Assembly: GCF_009914755.1 (NCBI RefSeq)
Contig: NC_060935.1
DNA from: the human T2T-CHM13v2.0 reference genome, Homo sapiens
Strand: one strand, 5' to 3'
Length of the DNA: 64,000 bases
Positions 37,201-52,702 of this stretch are shown here, piece by piece. Every line of letters begins with the position of its first letter. Position 1 is the first letter of the stretch. The position numbers were made by a program, and so were the translations under genes. The notes under the pieces were generated by a model. It saw only the letters and a program-made list of their open reading frames with translations, searched no databases and had not been told where the DNA came from.

Positions 37201-39289
37201 GTATTTTGACTGCTGAACTCATTTACTCATTATTTCAATGACTGATGTTTTGCTCTCCCTTCAGCCTGAGTCCTCTCTATTTTATTTTGCTTTCCTTAAT
37301 GGCCCCTCACCTATCGCTTTTCTTATTAATTTCCTGCTTTTCCTTGCTTTTGCTAGTCTGTTGGACCTCTGGTAATGTATTATCTACTCAGGATTAAAAA
37401 AAATAGTGCATTCAATTTGAAGATCGCCGAATGCACAGACAAATGTGTTTCCATCTCATCATCACAAACCATTTTGCACATAATCGTAGACCTTTCTCTG
37501 TTATTCAGAATATTTTAGATGTCAGAAGATGAAATAGGAGGAATATTTGGATTCAAGTTCATGTAACTGAAACAGCAATATTAAAATGTCATTTTATGAG
37601 GTAATTAAACAACTTGCTGAATTCAACACAAGAGACAGAGATAATCCATACACTTCCCACCCTACCACACTCACTACCTTTCTTATAACAGAAATTTGCT
37701 TAAATCAATACATCATAAATATTCACCATATACTCAGGCCACAGAGTTAAAATATACAGGCAATTTGTTTTGCAGTAAAAACAGAGCAAAATCATTATAT
37801 TCTACCTCTTTCACCTTATTTTCAAGTCCAGTTAAATTAATAAGTTGGAGTAAGCAAGATAGATGGCCTCCTTAGCATAAGAATCTTTGCACCTAGGTAC
37901 AATTAAGTTCCTTCCAAAATGCTGCCATTTTGTACTATCAACTTGAACATTTGTCATAAAACACTTGAGATTATTATTTGAAAACATATTAATGGACTCC
38001 TGCTGATCATTCTTTCTCAAATTCTTACAGATGAACCCACAAATCCCCAAATGTTTTCTTTTCAATCCCAAAAATTGTTTAAATAGTCCCTGGATAGGTC
38101 AAATTATCCCCATGTCCTTTGTAAAAAAAAAAGAAAAATTCACTTTCAGTATCATAAAAAAATATTCTTTGGGGAAGGCCTGGCATTGGAGGGAAGTGAC
38201 TGGAAAAATGCAACAGAATGTATCTGTCGAGAGAAAAAGGAAACAAAAAGAGTAGTGAGACCAAGGGAGTGCTTGCTGAGCACAGCTTTCAATGGCTTCA
38301 TTTTAAAACCACGAGAGAAAACTGGGAATCAGATTTCTAAACACTTAAGTGACCCAACAGGATTATATTGTAAATGTAAATATCACATTATTTTTCCCCT
38401 TTTTTACCCTTCGTTTTTGTCTAAGCTATTTTTCCACAACTGTAATTTTCAATCTAAAATTCTTTGAAATTTCTGTCATAGCACTGCTTTGATATAAATG
38501 ATACAACTAAGAGATACCCAGTAATTTCTATCCCATCTTAGTCTCTGTGATTCAAAATGATTTGATTTTCCTCTAAGCAGTGGATTTAAACTATTTTTTA
38601 AAATTAAATGCTGCTTCAAAGAAATGAAAAGACAAAATCTATTTTCTAATCTTTTCTAAAATAAGTTCAGACTAATTTCTGTACAAGCTCATTCTATACC
38701 TGAAAATGGCAGATAGGACAACTGGATTCCTAACTATATGTATTCAAAAATAACAATGTTTTCAAAAAAACTGTACATATGTAAAATTAAATAAAAATGT
38801 ATATATTCAGAGGCAGGGTATATGAAACCTAAAGAAGCAATTTAAATATGCATGTATAGTCGTATCTTGATTTTAATTTTCTGGTAAATTAAGGAGCCCA
38901 CTCATGCATGGAAGACTGTGTTATCTATCACTGCAACTATCCACAGCCCTGGCTTGCCTCATTTAGCTTTGTCTTCTGCTTTGTTTACATTCTTATTTCT
39001 TAAAGCATCACACTCATAGCTCTAATTTCTTAGAAACTGTGGTAAAACTCTATTCCCTAATTTTCTTCTTCAGCACTCCCTCCCCAAAAGCCCATGAGCA
39101 CTTTATTTGGAAAAGCTTTGTTTTCTCATTTGAATTATAATTGTCAGAATTATTAAATACTTTCATTGACTAATTTCCTCCCTATGACATTGTATTCCTA
39201 TGCCCTTCTTTCACAGCTATTTATACAAATGGTCTAAAAGGAATATACTTGTTTCATGCAAGTATATTCATTTCAAAGTTTGATAAACC

Positions 39290-39480
39290 AAAAGAACAGT
39301 GGACACAAAGCTGGTAAACTTGGTTTTAAAGCCTGGATTTGTCATTCACTGAGGGATTTTTGCCTAAGTACCTAAACTCTCTGAATTTTAGGCTACTCAT
39401 TTGAGACCTGTGAAGGACAATAACTGCCCTACTCATATGGTAAGAATTCAACCAGTATCAAATGAGAAGTATGAAATAGC
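39290..39480 (+). mobile_element. MIR SINE
   Basis: ttggttttaaagcctgg...aagtacctaaactctctgaattttagg...taactgccctactcat. Confidence 0.55.
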
Positions 39481-39535
39481 GGTAGGGGATGTGGAGGAGC
39501 AGAGTGGATGAGATACACACACACAGAGATACACA

Positions 39536-39569
39536 CTATCTATCTATCTATCTAGCTATCTATCTATCT
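39536..39569. repeat. (CTAT)n microsatellite
   Basis: Read directly from sequence; one interruption. Confidence 0.9.
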
Positions 39570-39678
39570 TCTATATTTCTGAAGAGAGAATAATTATCAA
39601 GTATTTTCCCAGAGAGCATGATTGATCATTTATCTACATTTACTAAGGCCTTATTCCCAAGATTTCAAGACTGATTAA

Positions 39679-40990
<1,312 letters not shown>

Positions 40991-43900
40991 TTATCCTTCC
41001 CTGTAACATCAAGAACAATAAAAATAAACTCCATAAGAACCACACACTTGAAGAAAAGTTTCTTACAACTTCAAGAACTGGACATTGGACGGTTACAGGG
41101 AGACATGTTTCCAGAGATGACTGGGTTTGGTTTTTTGTCAGGAAAGAAAATGGAAACAGAACATTCATTCTCCACTGTATAAAAATAAGATCACTGGATA
41201 ATGCCTTTAGAATAAATATAAAAATGAATTATTTTTACATTTTATGGTGATAGAACCCACTGATTATTATGGGGATCAAGTTATTATGATAGGGATAATG
41301 GGCTAGCTGGGGAAACTTCTTCATGCTATTGTGAAGTGTGCATGAGGTGAGTTTGTTTCGGGCAGGAGGTTATTTAAATATCATGCAAAAGTTTATTTTC
41401 ATTAATTGCTTCAGATACCATATCAATGACACCAGTATCACACAGTTCGTACAGCACCACAAAATGAAACAAAATAAAATTTCAGACCATGTGGTCAAAA
41501 GATATATTGATTTCCCATTTTGCTATTAACATGATATATGGCTTCCATACATTATGGAATAAGTAATTCCATACAGTTTTTCTATATAGAAATAAAAGAC
41601 ACACATTTCACATCATAACAATGTGTAAGTACAGAAGAAACAAATGTCTCTTTCCCAATTATTAGAGTAGGTGCTTTAGGGAAATCCCCAAAAGAAACAC
41701 CGACAAACAAGCAAACAAAAATTTTCTTCCATCTAGAATTTTACACTCATGGAAATTCAACTAGTCAAAAGTGTTTAGGAGGAAATATTTATATAGGTAT
41801 GACTATAGATATGCATACGGATATGAGTACATACATGCATATGGATATAGTATACATATAGGCACCCCTCTAGGGTAAAGGAATTTAGATGGATAATATG
41901 AGAAATGCAGGAAAGATTGTTCAACAGTCACCTTCCCTCTGTGATTTTACTCATTTCGTAATTCAATTTTTTAAAAATTTGAACCCATTTTATAATTCAA
42001 TTCAAAATACCTTTTGAATTGAACAAACGTTGCATTTTTTTAAAAAATTTATTTCTACTGTTATTGTATTATTATAGTAGCATTAATATTTTCAAGGACA
42101 CTGAGTGAGAAGGTAAGTTAGAATGCAGCTGTATTAGTTTTCATCATGTAGGGCACTTTAAGTTTTTCCAGAGATCAGATATCCTGAAACCTCATTTTTA
42201 ATGTTGTGTTCATAATTGTCTTTTCCACATGGCTAGGTTAGGGCCTGTTATAAGTCCAATAGCAAACTGCAAGGCATACATTATAAAATTTCAAAACTTA
42301 ATAGACACTGTGATGTAGTTTTCATTTGAAAATAAATTCCTCTGAAAAGTAACTAAGGCATGAATAACCTTGTCATATTATGGTGTAGTTCACACTTGTT
42401 AAAAAAAAAAAAGAAGATGAATAAGGTGCACTGTTTTATTAGGTTCCACTAGACATCTTTAAACATGATGAAGGACGTTTACACATCATGAGTTCAAGTC
42501 TCAGGCAATTCTGTGTTGGAAGAGTAATTTTTTCACTTACTAAAGCAAACACATCTGAATCACAGGGAGATATTGGCCTCCTCTGCTACAGTATCAGTGA
42601 GATTGATATTTACCAGACATTATGATAATAAAAAGCCTACAATTCTTTGTTCCGAACATGAGAATAGAAAGTTCATGCCAATTTTTCCAGCTTAAAGTGT
42701 CAAGTAGCAACTTAGATGAGAGACCAGCAAAGTGACTTTTCAAATATAGCAGTGAGCCAGACACCAGAGAGCCCTGTAACCCAAATAGTAGTTTATCTTT
42801 AGACACACTTCACATTTATCCTGGTATTCACTTTCTGCTTGACTCTGAGCCTAATTGCCAGTAACTTCACATATCTGAAAACACACATGGAAAATTGACC
42901 TTAAAATGATTATTGTGTTTTCTAAGAGAGTTAATGCTCCAAAGATGCAGGTCAGGTATATGGAAGCCTCTAGCCTGGGCAAGCAGGTCTTACTTAATGG
43001 GATTGGTAGAGAGCTTTATAATGTTACAGAGAGTTATTTGGAGAAGCACCATGCCCTTCCCCTTTAACTCTCAGTGTCTCTTTATGTGGTAATATATGTT
43101 TCCTTTTCTTAAGGAGTCACCTTATGGAAAGAAACCAGAAATATTAATTTTGCCATATCAGTTCTGATTTATCTTGTTTAATGTTAGGTCATTTCTCAAC
43201 TTTTGGGATACAATATGTTCCACACCTCTGAATTTTTATATTTAAAAGCTGGTACAATGCAGGTTCAAAATAGGTACTCATTGAATGTTGGCCTATGCCA
43301 TCCATTTGCACCTTTTGCTTTGAAATTTCCAGAAGATAGGGCAATCTTTCTATTGTGGCTTTCCTAGAGAGAAGCATATATTTCACTCCGTTATATATCC
43401 AGTACCATGAATGGGCCGATTCTTTTCTGTTAGATACATATGACAATGTGAAAGTAGGTGGCAATAAGACATCCTTTGAGAAGGCATTTGGGAGACATAT
43501 AAACAACACTTTGTCTCCAGTTCTAAAGTTTTGTTTCAGTAGGGTTTTAGCAGGTAACTGACAAGCATATTCTCTCGAGTCAGATGGAGGCTCTGAGAAG
43601 AGCACAATCTGTAAGAACATTTGAAGAGAAAACTTAGGTTACAGCATCTGAAGACCCAAGTAGCAAAACAATTGGGGAAAATGAAACTGTCCTGCTTAAA
43701 GATGCTGTACATCTATTCCCCATGCATTAAGAATTTACAGTTGGATTAGTCCTCATGAAATTATCCAAATTAAAAATACATTATCAATGAGATTTCCAAA
43801 CATTTTGTTAAAAGCAAAACTTGCTAAAACTCTTTATAACACACCTGAGTACAATGTTGCCTTACTAAAAACCATGGATGCTTGTAAATTCTTGGATGAG

Positions 43901-43999
43901 GGAGTAAAGTACTAGACACAACGTGTGAGGGTGGGAGAAAGAAAAGACAATCTTGATCCTTAACTAATATGGCATCAAAAGGAATGAGTTTGACTACTT

Positions 44000-44170
44000 C
44001 CTCATATAATCACTATGAACATCTTAATTTTCATAGCCACTATATAAGTAGGTGTTATTATTACCCCTATTTAATAAATGAGATGTTGAGGCTCAAAGAA
44101 TTTTAGTAATTTTATATCAAGCAACATAGCTATAATAATTAGAGAAGCCTGGAATTCAAGTAATGCCTTT
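44000..44170 (-). mobile_element. MIR SINE
   Basis: gtaggtgttattattacccctatttaataaatgagatgttgaggctcaaagaa. Confidence 0.75.
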
Positions 44171-45989
44171 TGGTTTACTTTTCTTTGAACTTAGTCCATA
44201 ACAAAAGGTTAACTATAAAAAGAAAAGTAACATTAATTTTACCACTCAGCATTCTCCCTGGTAGTCCCATTATCTTCTTCATGTCCACAAGGAATCCTAC
44301 AGTACTTCACATAGCAAATGAAGAGACTAAAGCTGTCCTCTGAGGTCTAAGCCTAGCTTGACTGTGGAAGATGTGAACTGCCTTACAGATCCAGTAGAAT
44401 AGGTGAGGAAGAATAATTCATCCTATGGAAACAGCTTAAATAATAGGCTTCTGTATTCCTATAACGGCTGTATAGACTCAGACTATAATTCTATTATACT
44501 TTAGTAGCTATATGATTCATTTTTTCTGTATGTATTCTCTTCCATTTGTTAGAGAAACAGCTGTTCATCCTCCAATAGTCACTAAAATGTCATCTTCTAT
44601 ACAGACCTCACTGTTTCTCTCAGAAAACTTTTAAGAAAGTGGTCTAGTTTTGTTCCTCTTGAATTTTACCATATCTTTATTATGATACTTGATACCCTGT
44701 ACTATATTTGTTTGTGTGTTTATATGTCTACAATTTTACTCCATTCCGACTGACTTGAGAAATTACTCTGCAACGCATAGTAGCTACTCCTAAGATATAA
44801 TTTCATCGATATAAAATAATCATGATATATTATATAAAGCATAAATTATTTACAAGTAATCAGTCTAGAAAAAATAAGACAAAATATTGACAATTGTAGC
44901 CACTGAGTAGGGTTATTTGGGTTAACAAATTGCCCCACTTTTACTTTTCTGGATTTTCTAATTTTTCAACACTGATTATCTTACACACTGAAAGTAAGAG
45001 ATAGTTAAGATGCCTACATTATTTCAGTCAACCCTGTATGAAACTGCATTCTGCTTTACCTCGTTCACTGAACACATAAATAAACAGAAACTTTGATACA
45101 ATATAAATGGAGGAGAGAGTAGAAACTAAGATCAGAATAAGAAAAAAAATTAGGCTTGGCAAAAAGGTCAAAGCAACTGAAATTATTTAACTAGAGAGAA
45201 ATTATTATTTCCCAATGATATAAAAGGTGAAGACATATGAAAATTACAAGTACCAGCTACTATTTATCAGCACTTAGGTTTGAATTTTTTTTAAAAGGGA
45301 AGAAAGACAGGAGAAGTAAAAAGTGACTTGAAACTCAAAAAGAATAGATTTAATTAATATATAAGGAAGAATTTTAAGTATTAAAATGGTTACGTACTAT
45401 ACCAGATTACAAACAGAATAAGGAAATAGTTTTTGAAGGCTTATAAAATTGGTCGGGAATAATTTTTAAATTGGCATGTGTGCAGGCAGTGGGATAGTTT
45501 GTCTGTTAAAGGTCTTTTACAGTGCTTTGCTTTTATAGTATGATGGATTTTGTAGGAATAACACCTATTTCTCATATGACACTAAGTGACTTATTTAAAA
45601 CTTTCCAGAAGCCAAAAAGCCCTATCCCCAGTCCTCTACTGACATGTAGTTTTTATTTTCTAACTCTCCAAGGTGGAAAATAGATTTGTTAAATGTAGGG
45701 ACTGGGATTTTGGCAATCCCATAAAGCTTCTGCGTTCTGAATTCCCAACTCAGATCAAATTCATTTTACGCTCCACTAAATGCATATCATCTCTGAGAAG
45801 CAATTTTCCTCTTTAAAAATCTAACCCTTCCTCTTTCTTTCTTCCTCTTTCGCTTCCCTACTGACAAGTTCAGTTTTAGCCAAAGATGAATTTTAGTCTG
45901 TGGTTTCTTATGAACTTAGATGATGACAATAAATTCGTTGTCATTTGTGGAAAAGGAAATTGAGAAGATGAGTAATTAGATGGTCCGAA

Positions 45990-46155
45990 AGATTTCCTCT
46001 CTAAACTTTACTGCACCTGGAAACATGCTAGATTTGCAAATCCTCTAGCCCCATTCCTGGTCTAACGAATTAGAAATCCTGGGGGAGGGGCCCAGAAACC
46101 TGTATTTTGACAAGCCCTCCAGGTGATTTTGATGCCAGCTGAAGTATGAGAAGTG
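45990..46155. mobile_element. MER5A hAT-Charlie MITE
   Basis: gggcccagaaacctgtattttgacaagccctccaggtgattttgatgc. Confidence 0.85.
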
Positions 46156-46339
46156 TGTGTAGAGGAACTAGAATTCAAATTGGCAAGAATATATAGAATG
46201 CTCAAAAGTAGCTAAAGATTAGCCTTGCAAAATGAGATAGGACCAGAAAAAAAAATCATGTTGTTGTCAATTATATGAATGCCCACAAATGACCCTCAGA
46301 AAAATTATGAGGAAAGTGACAACCATTCATTTACATCAC

Positions 46340-46610
46340 TTCATTGCAGAAGTTTTCCTTGACACCCTTCCCTGTAGCCATCCACTGACACTCTTTGTTA
46401 TACCACATGTTTCATTTGTGTTGTAGCACTTATCATTATCTTATACTTTCTTACTTTTTTGTTGTGCTTTGTCTTCTTTCACTATAATAATAGCTTCTTG
46501 AGGGCAGAGATCTTGTCTGTCTTGTTCTATATTGAATTTCCACTGCTTGGAACATTACTTATTATACAGTAGACACTTAATACATGTTTTTTTGAATGAA
46601 TTAATTAATG
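46340..46610 (+). mobile_element. L2 3' end
   Basis: gcttcttgagggcagagatcttgtctgtcttgttc...cagtagacacttaatacatg...tgaatgaat. Confidence 0.8.
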
Positions 46611-47029
46611 TGTAAATCACTAGAGATGCTAGAGTGAGAAAGAAAGACCCAATCCTGACCTCATGAAGCTTACTAGCTGGATGACATTTCTGGTTTACAT
46701 GACTGCATTTTAAATAACATTTAGATTACTAGAGGGTGACTGGAGGCAAGACTAAGAGAGGAATACTAATTTGGATGCTGTTGTTGTCATCAAAGTCAGA
46801 GCTAATGGTGACCTCTAGTAGAGAAATGCCAATGGGAGTCAAAAGAAATAGATAAATCTGAGACACATAAAAAGGATACAATCAGGAGCCTTCTGTGATT
46901 CGTAAAATGTAAGTGGCATGAGTCCAGGTATAAGGGGTTGGATTCTGACTTAAACTATGAAAGACAGGAACAGGAACACCGTTTGCAGAGAGGCGGAGCA
47001 GAGGAGACAGGTAAGTAGGGCTGCAAATA

Positions 47030-47117
47030 TCATATAAAACATACTAATGCTAAAATATTATTTGTTGTTTATCTGAAATTCAAATTTAACTGGGTGGCTT
47101 GTATTTTTATTTGCTAA
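47030..47117. mobile_element. MER53 hAT MITE (half)
   Basis: gttgtttatctgaaattcaaatttaactgggtggcttgtatttttatttgctaa matches the MER53 arm. Confidence 0.8.
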
Positions 47118-47579
47118 TAAAATACAGCAGAAAATGAATGAAGAGCTTATTTGTGAAATTGCATGTAGTAATCAACAGATTCCTTTACAGAGAATAAATG
47201 ACAAACTGAACACTGAAAGCATTAAATTCAGATCACTGAATTATTTCATTGACAAATAAAAAGCATTGGGCTGACTTTAGTTTCTAAGAAGTGTGAGCTT
47301 GTTTATATTTTGCACAGGAAACTATGAAATACCTAGGGGACTGTTCTTGTTACTCATTATTAAAACATAATTGCCTCTCTGCATGTTAGTTGAAGAGGAA
47401 TTGAGAGATTTTTGCCAATTACCCTATTGTCAAATTTTAGATATTGGGAAACTGTATATCTCAGCTTGAATTTCCTTCCTCAGTGAGTTTTTTGTTACAG
47501 TGAGATCCTTGAGAGAAAGGTAGGCAAGGGAGAGGAAACAGATTGATGCTATCGTGATTCTGGTCACACAAATCCTTAT

Positions 47580-47790
47580 ATTCACATAATAGTTTGTAGT
47601 TTTGAAAATATTTTCACATCCATTTGATTTTATTTAAGTCTTCTGGTTACTGTGAATGTCATTAGGATGTGTCTCCATTTGAACAGATAAAGGACATTAA
47701 ATTCTTTGAGATTTTATAGTTTTCTTGAGATCACACTTTTAGAAAGTAGAGGAGACAACATTCATACCTCATGCTTCTGTCCACAGTTCA
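47580..47790 (-). mobile_element. MIR SINE
   Basis: ttttcacatccatttg...tctccatttgaacagataaa...cttgagatcacac. Confidence 0.55.
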
Positions 47791-50418
47791 GAATTCAGTT
47801 TTAAGCAGTGGTTAATGGGAAAAAACAACATAAATGTATCAAAATATGTACATACAAAGATGTGCTTTCCCAATGAAAGTAGTTGGTTATTTGAATATAC
47901 ACCTTGAAAGGGTGTATTGCAAGGTAGCTGTGGTTAAAAACTTTCCCGGAATTGCTTCTAAGAAAGACACTGTAGAGGTGCTAATCAGGGTGGAAGAACT
48001 CTTGGGCAGCTGCAGAGTGATGCTGGGACACCATTAACCTATCATAGCAACCAGTAGTAACTGCAGACTCAGTGAACATCTGCAGCAGTTAAAGTCAACA
48101 TAAGCCGCCATTGCTGAAAGCTGACGTTGATTGGATAATTGATGGAAATGATCTTAAAAGGAGTAATCACAAACAGGAGAAACTGACGAAAACTGTTGGG
48201 AAAAGCTACCTATGGCAGAACACACCACAGAAAGCAGATGGATTTTCATGTAAAGGAAGATTACTCTTAAACTGCCAACTCTGCCCCATTCACCATCCCA
48301 GCACTATCCTTCATCCCGTCATTTCTGAAGGAGAAAAAGATTATTTTCTGTTTATCGGAGTGAAATTGGAGTTTATAAATATATTCTTATATCCATCATT
48401 AAGAAGGAAGAATAACAATTACCCACAACGTGATAAAACAGGTTGGAGGCAGTAGATTTCCATCACAGGGGTCCTGAAAGTCTACCAGAGTCCAGAACCC
48501 AGTGTCTCAGGGAACAGACACAGAGCCTCATTGCTGGTAAGCCTTCAAAATGTAACTCTGCAGGCCCTGAGACACTGGACTCTGTTTCCTTCGGCAATAA
48601 ATAAAGGGTTAAGTTAGGCTAGGTTGCTTTCAAATCGTTTTGAAAAGCTTTAAAGATTTCTTAAGTGCCCCAGGAGTCAATTACCAGGCATGAGTTGACA
48701 GGAGGGCATAGGAGCCCCACTGCCCCCCACCCTACCCTTTGCAACTTCTTAAATCAGATCAGCTCTTCTATATTCATGTGGGGATTCTGCATACGAATTT
48801 GTTTGAAATACATTTCCTGTGGCTACAAAATTTGCAAATATCTAGACTAGGTCATTTCAAACTTTCCTTATAACTTTAAAATCTTCACTTATTAGCAAGA
48901 ATGTTTTTATCTTTGTGCAAAATGTTTAAAGTTTAGTGTACCAGTGCATTCAATTGTATAACAGTTTATTCCTCTCTCTCTCTGCGCCTCCATTCTCGGC
49001 CTTTCCTACTGACTGTAAATTCTATCATTATTTCTTGATTATACATTTGTTTGGCATTTGTCTACCATTCCCAAAACAACCTCAGATTTGTAGAGAAGGT
49101 TCCAGCTGGAAAAATAAGCTTCCCATTCAGGCCCATCCTGTTTCTAATCTGCTGCTGTTGTAAGAAATTCTCTTTAGGGATTTCTTTACTTCCTATTGCT
49201 TTGCCTTTTCTGCTGTAAACCTCACAAATATTAATCTTTTCTGGTCCTCATTTTCCCTTACTGCCTAACTTTTTTTTCTTTTTTGGTCTGAAATGCCTGC
49301 CAGTACTTTTCACACTTCATCATGTGTCCAGGAATACTGGCCCTAGGTCAAAGCCAGAGGCTGCAACTTGACAAGATGTGTTGCAAGGTGGCTTTCCCTC
49401 CACACTGTCTGCAGCTGTCATCTTCTCTCAAGTCCCCAGACTGCAAATTAGTGAGTCAGCATGGGATCATGGTATGTTGCAATTCCTATTCATTAGACTG
49501 AGAAAAAGAAGCTTATAGGTTTTGCTGTGTTTTCTTGTTTCCATATCTTAAAAAAAATAATAATTAACACATAAATCGGTATTTGTTTGCTGGTTTCTTT
49601 TGAGGGTACTCTGATTCATACAATCAGAAATCATAATAGAGGAGCTGAAAACTCCCTTTCCTGGAAAAAAAAAGATTCACAAATAACACTTTGGCCATAA
49701 GAATTATATATTATCCTTTAAGGGAAAAAAGATCCATTGCACCAATATTGTTTAATTTTTTTCTTTGGATGATTGTGATAACCGTGGTAGTTCTAGGGCA
49801 GAAAAGAGTGAAGACTCTTAATTTAGAGGAAAAGCAAGCTAAATTTTTCCAGGCTTCTTTCAGTTTAAAAAAAAAATTAAATTCAAACCATGGTTTTCTA
49901 TATTCTAGATACAATGTCCTAATAACATCATATTTGAAATTAAGGATGAGGTCATTGATATAGGGATTGCCCTTTGTGTTTAAAACTTTGTTTTAAAAAC
50001 TTATTGGAATAAACCTTAGACATTGCTGGAACAAGAACATAATTGGCGTTCCTGAAAACAGAAATGTTTTTTTACTTTTAATGATGATCTAGACCATGTC
50101 TAAAGTGAATAAACATCTGGGTCTTCCCATCATAAATTCTATATATAAAGTTGAGTCTCATAAGTCATATCTAAACATAAAAAGCTAGCATTTTCTTATA
50201 TACTTTCAGCTTTTATCTGGCTATCATTTAGGATGAGACAATAAATATCTCCTATAAAATAAAATTCAGTCAAAAATTGTATACTGCTCACCATTTCAAC
50301 CAATGCATGAGAGAAAAATGTGTGTAGTCCTATGGTCAAAGAAAATGTACATGAAAATTGGCTGTACATAAATACATAGATAATAGATTATAAACTATAG
50401 TGAGATAAGCATAGATAG

Positions 50419-52687
50419 TAATATAGTTTGGCTCCGTGTCCCCACCCAAATCCCATTTTGAACTGTACTCACATAGTCCCCACGTGTTGTGGGAGGGACC
50501 CAGTGGGAGATAATTAGAATCATGAGGGCAGTTGTCCCCATATTGTTCTTGTGTTACTAAATAAGTCTCAAGAGATCTGCTGGTTTTATTGGGGATTTCT
50601 GCTTTTCCTTCTTCCTCATTTTTCTCTTGCCAGCACCATGTAAGAAATGACTTCTGCCTCCCGCCATGATTCTGAGGCCTCCCATCCATGTGGGACTGCA
50701 AGTCCAATTAAACCTCTTTTTCTTCCTAGCGTTGGGTATGTAATTATCAGCAGCATGAAAACAGACTAATGCAGTAAATTTGTACCAGTAGAGAGGGATG
50801 CTGCTGAAAATAACCCTGAAAATGTGGAAATGACTTTGGAACTGGGTAACAGGTAGAGGCTGGAACAGTTTGCAGGGCTCAGAAAAAGACAGTAAAATGT
50901 GGGAAAGTCTGGAACTTCCTAGAGACTTGTTGAATGGCTTTGCCCAAAATTCTGATAGCAATATGGACAATAAAGTCCAGGCTTAGGTTGTCTCAGACAG
51001 AAATGAGGAACTTGTTGGGAACTGCAGCAAAGGTGACTCTGGTTATGTTTTGGCAAAGAGACTGGCGGCACCTCCCCCCTGCCCTACAGATTTGTGGAAC
51101 TTTGAACTTGAGGAAGATAATTTAGGGTATCTGGCAGAAGAAATTTCTAAGCAGCAAAGCATTCAAGAGGTGACTTGGTGCGATTAAAGGCATTCGGTTT
51201 TAAAAGGGAAACAGAACATAAAAGTGGAAAATTTGCAGCCTGACAATGCAATAGAAAAGAAAATCCCATTTCCTGAGAAGAAATTCAAGCCGGCTGCAAA
51301 TATTTGCATAAGTAACGAGGAGCTGAATCTTAATCCTCAAGACAATGGAAAAAAATGTCTCCAGGGCATGTCAGAGACCTTTGCAGCAGCAAAGATCTGG
51401 AGGTCTACGAGGAAAATAGGGTTTCCTTCCTAGCCCAGGGTCCCCATGCCGCGTGCGGTCTAGGGACTTGGTGTTTTCATCCTACCAGCTCCAGCCATGG
51501 CTGAAAAGGGCCAACGTAGAGGTTATGCTGTGGCTTCAGAGGGTGCAAGCCCCTAGCCTTGGCAGCTTCCATGTGGTGTTGACCGTGCGGGTACACAGAA
51601 GTCAAGAATTGGGGTTTGGGAAAGTCTGCCAAGGTTTCAGAAGATGTATGAAAATGCCTGGATGCCCAGGCAGAAGTTAGCTGCAGGGGTGGGGCTCTCA
51701 TGGAGAACTTCTGCTAGGGCAGTGCAGAAAGGAAATGTGGGGCTGGAGCACCAACACAGAGTCCCTACTGGGGCACCACCTAGTGGAACTATGAGAAGAG
51801 GGCTACCGTCCTCCAGACCCCAGAATGGTAGAGCCACCTACAGCTTGCACCATGTGCATGGAAAAGCCACAGACACTCAATGCCAGCCCATGAAAGCAGC
51901 TGGGAGTGAGGCAGTATCCTGTATAGCCATAGGGGTGGAGCGACCCAAGACCATGGGAACCCATCTCTTGCATCAGCATAGCCTGTATGTGAGACCTGGA
52001 GTCAAAGGACATCATTTTGGAGCTTTAAAATTTGACTGCCCCACTGGATTTCAGACTTGCATGGATCCTGTAATTCATTTGTTTTGGCCAATTTCTCCCA
52101 TTTGGAAGAGCTGTATTTACTGAAAACCTGTACCCCCATTGTATCTCAGAAGCAATTTTCTGTTTTTTTGATTTTACAGCCTCATAGGCAGAAGGGACTT
52201 GACTTGTCTCAGATGAGACTTTAAACAGTGAACTTTTGAGTTAAAGCTGAAATGAGTTAAGACTTTGGGGGATTGCTGGGAAGGCATGATTGGTTTTGAA
52301 ATATGTGGACATGAGATTTGGAGGGGCAAAGGGCAGAATGATATGGTTTGGCTCCGTGTCACCACCCAAATCTCATCTTGAATTGTACTCACATAATTCC
52401 CACATGTTGTGGGAGGGACCCGGTGGGAGATAATTTGAATCATAAGGGTTGTTTTCCCCGTACTGTTCTCATGGTAGTGAGTCTCACGAGATCTGGTGGT
52501 TTTATCAGGGGTTCTGCCTTTGCATCGCCCTCATTTTTCTCTTGCCACCACCATGTAAGAAGTGTTTTTACCTCTCGCCATGATTCTGAGGCCTCCCCAG
52601 CCATGTGGAACTGTAAGTCCAATTAAACCTCTTTTTCTTCCCAGTCTTGGGTTTGTCTTACCAGCAGTGTGAAAACAGACTAAAACA
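50419..52687 (+). mobile_element. Full LTR-int-LTR THE1A-like MaLR provirus (5'LTR 50419-50773, internal 50774-52338, 3'LTR 52339-52687)
   Basis: Two homologous LTRs flanking THE1-int (gtaaatttgtaccagt... to PPT gaggggcaaagggcagaa); TSD gatag at 50414-50418 and 52688-52692. Confidence 0.96.
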
Positions 52688-52702
52688 GATAGATAGATGA
52701 TC

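Noticed and set aside
43189-43620. 143-aa - strand ORF in apparently unique DNA
   Set aside because: No recognisable protein motif or codon bias; cannot be supported without conservation or expression data.
50336-52626. ORFs in the THE1 LTRs and internal region (up to 159 aa)
   Set aside because: Fragmented frames of a non-autonomous MaLR; no gag/pol/env motifs recognised.
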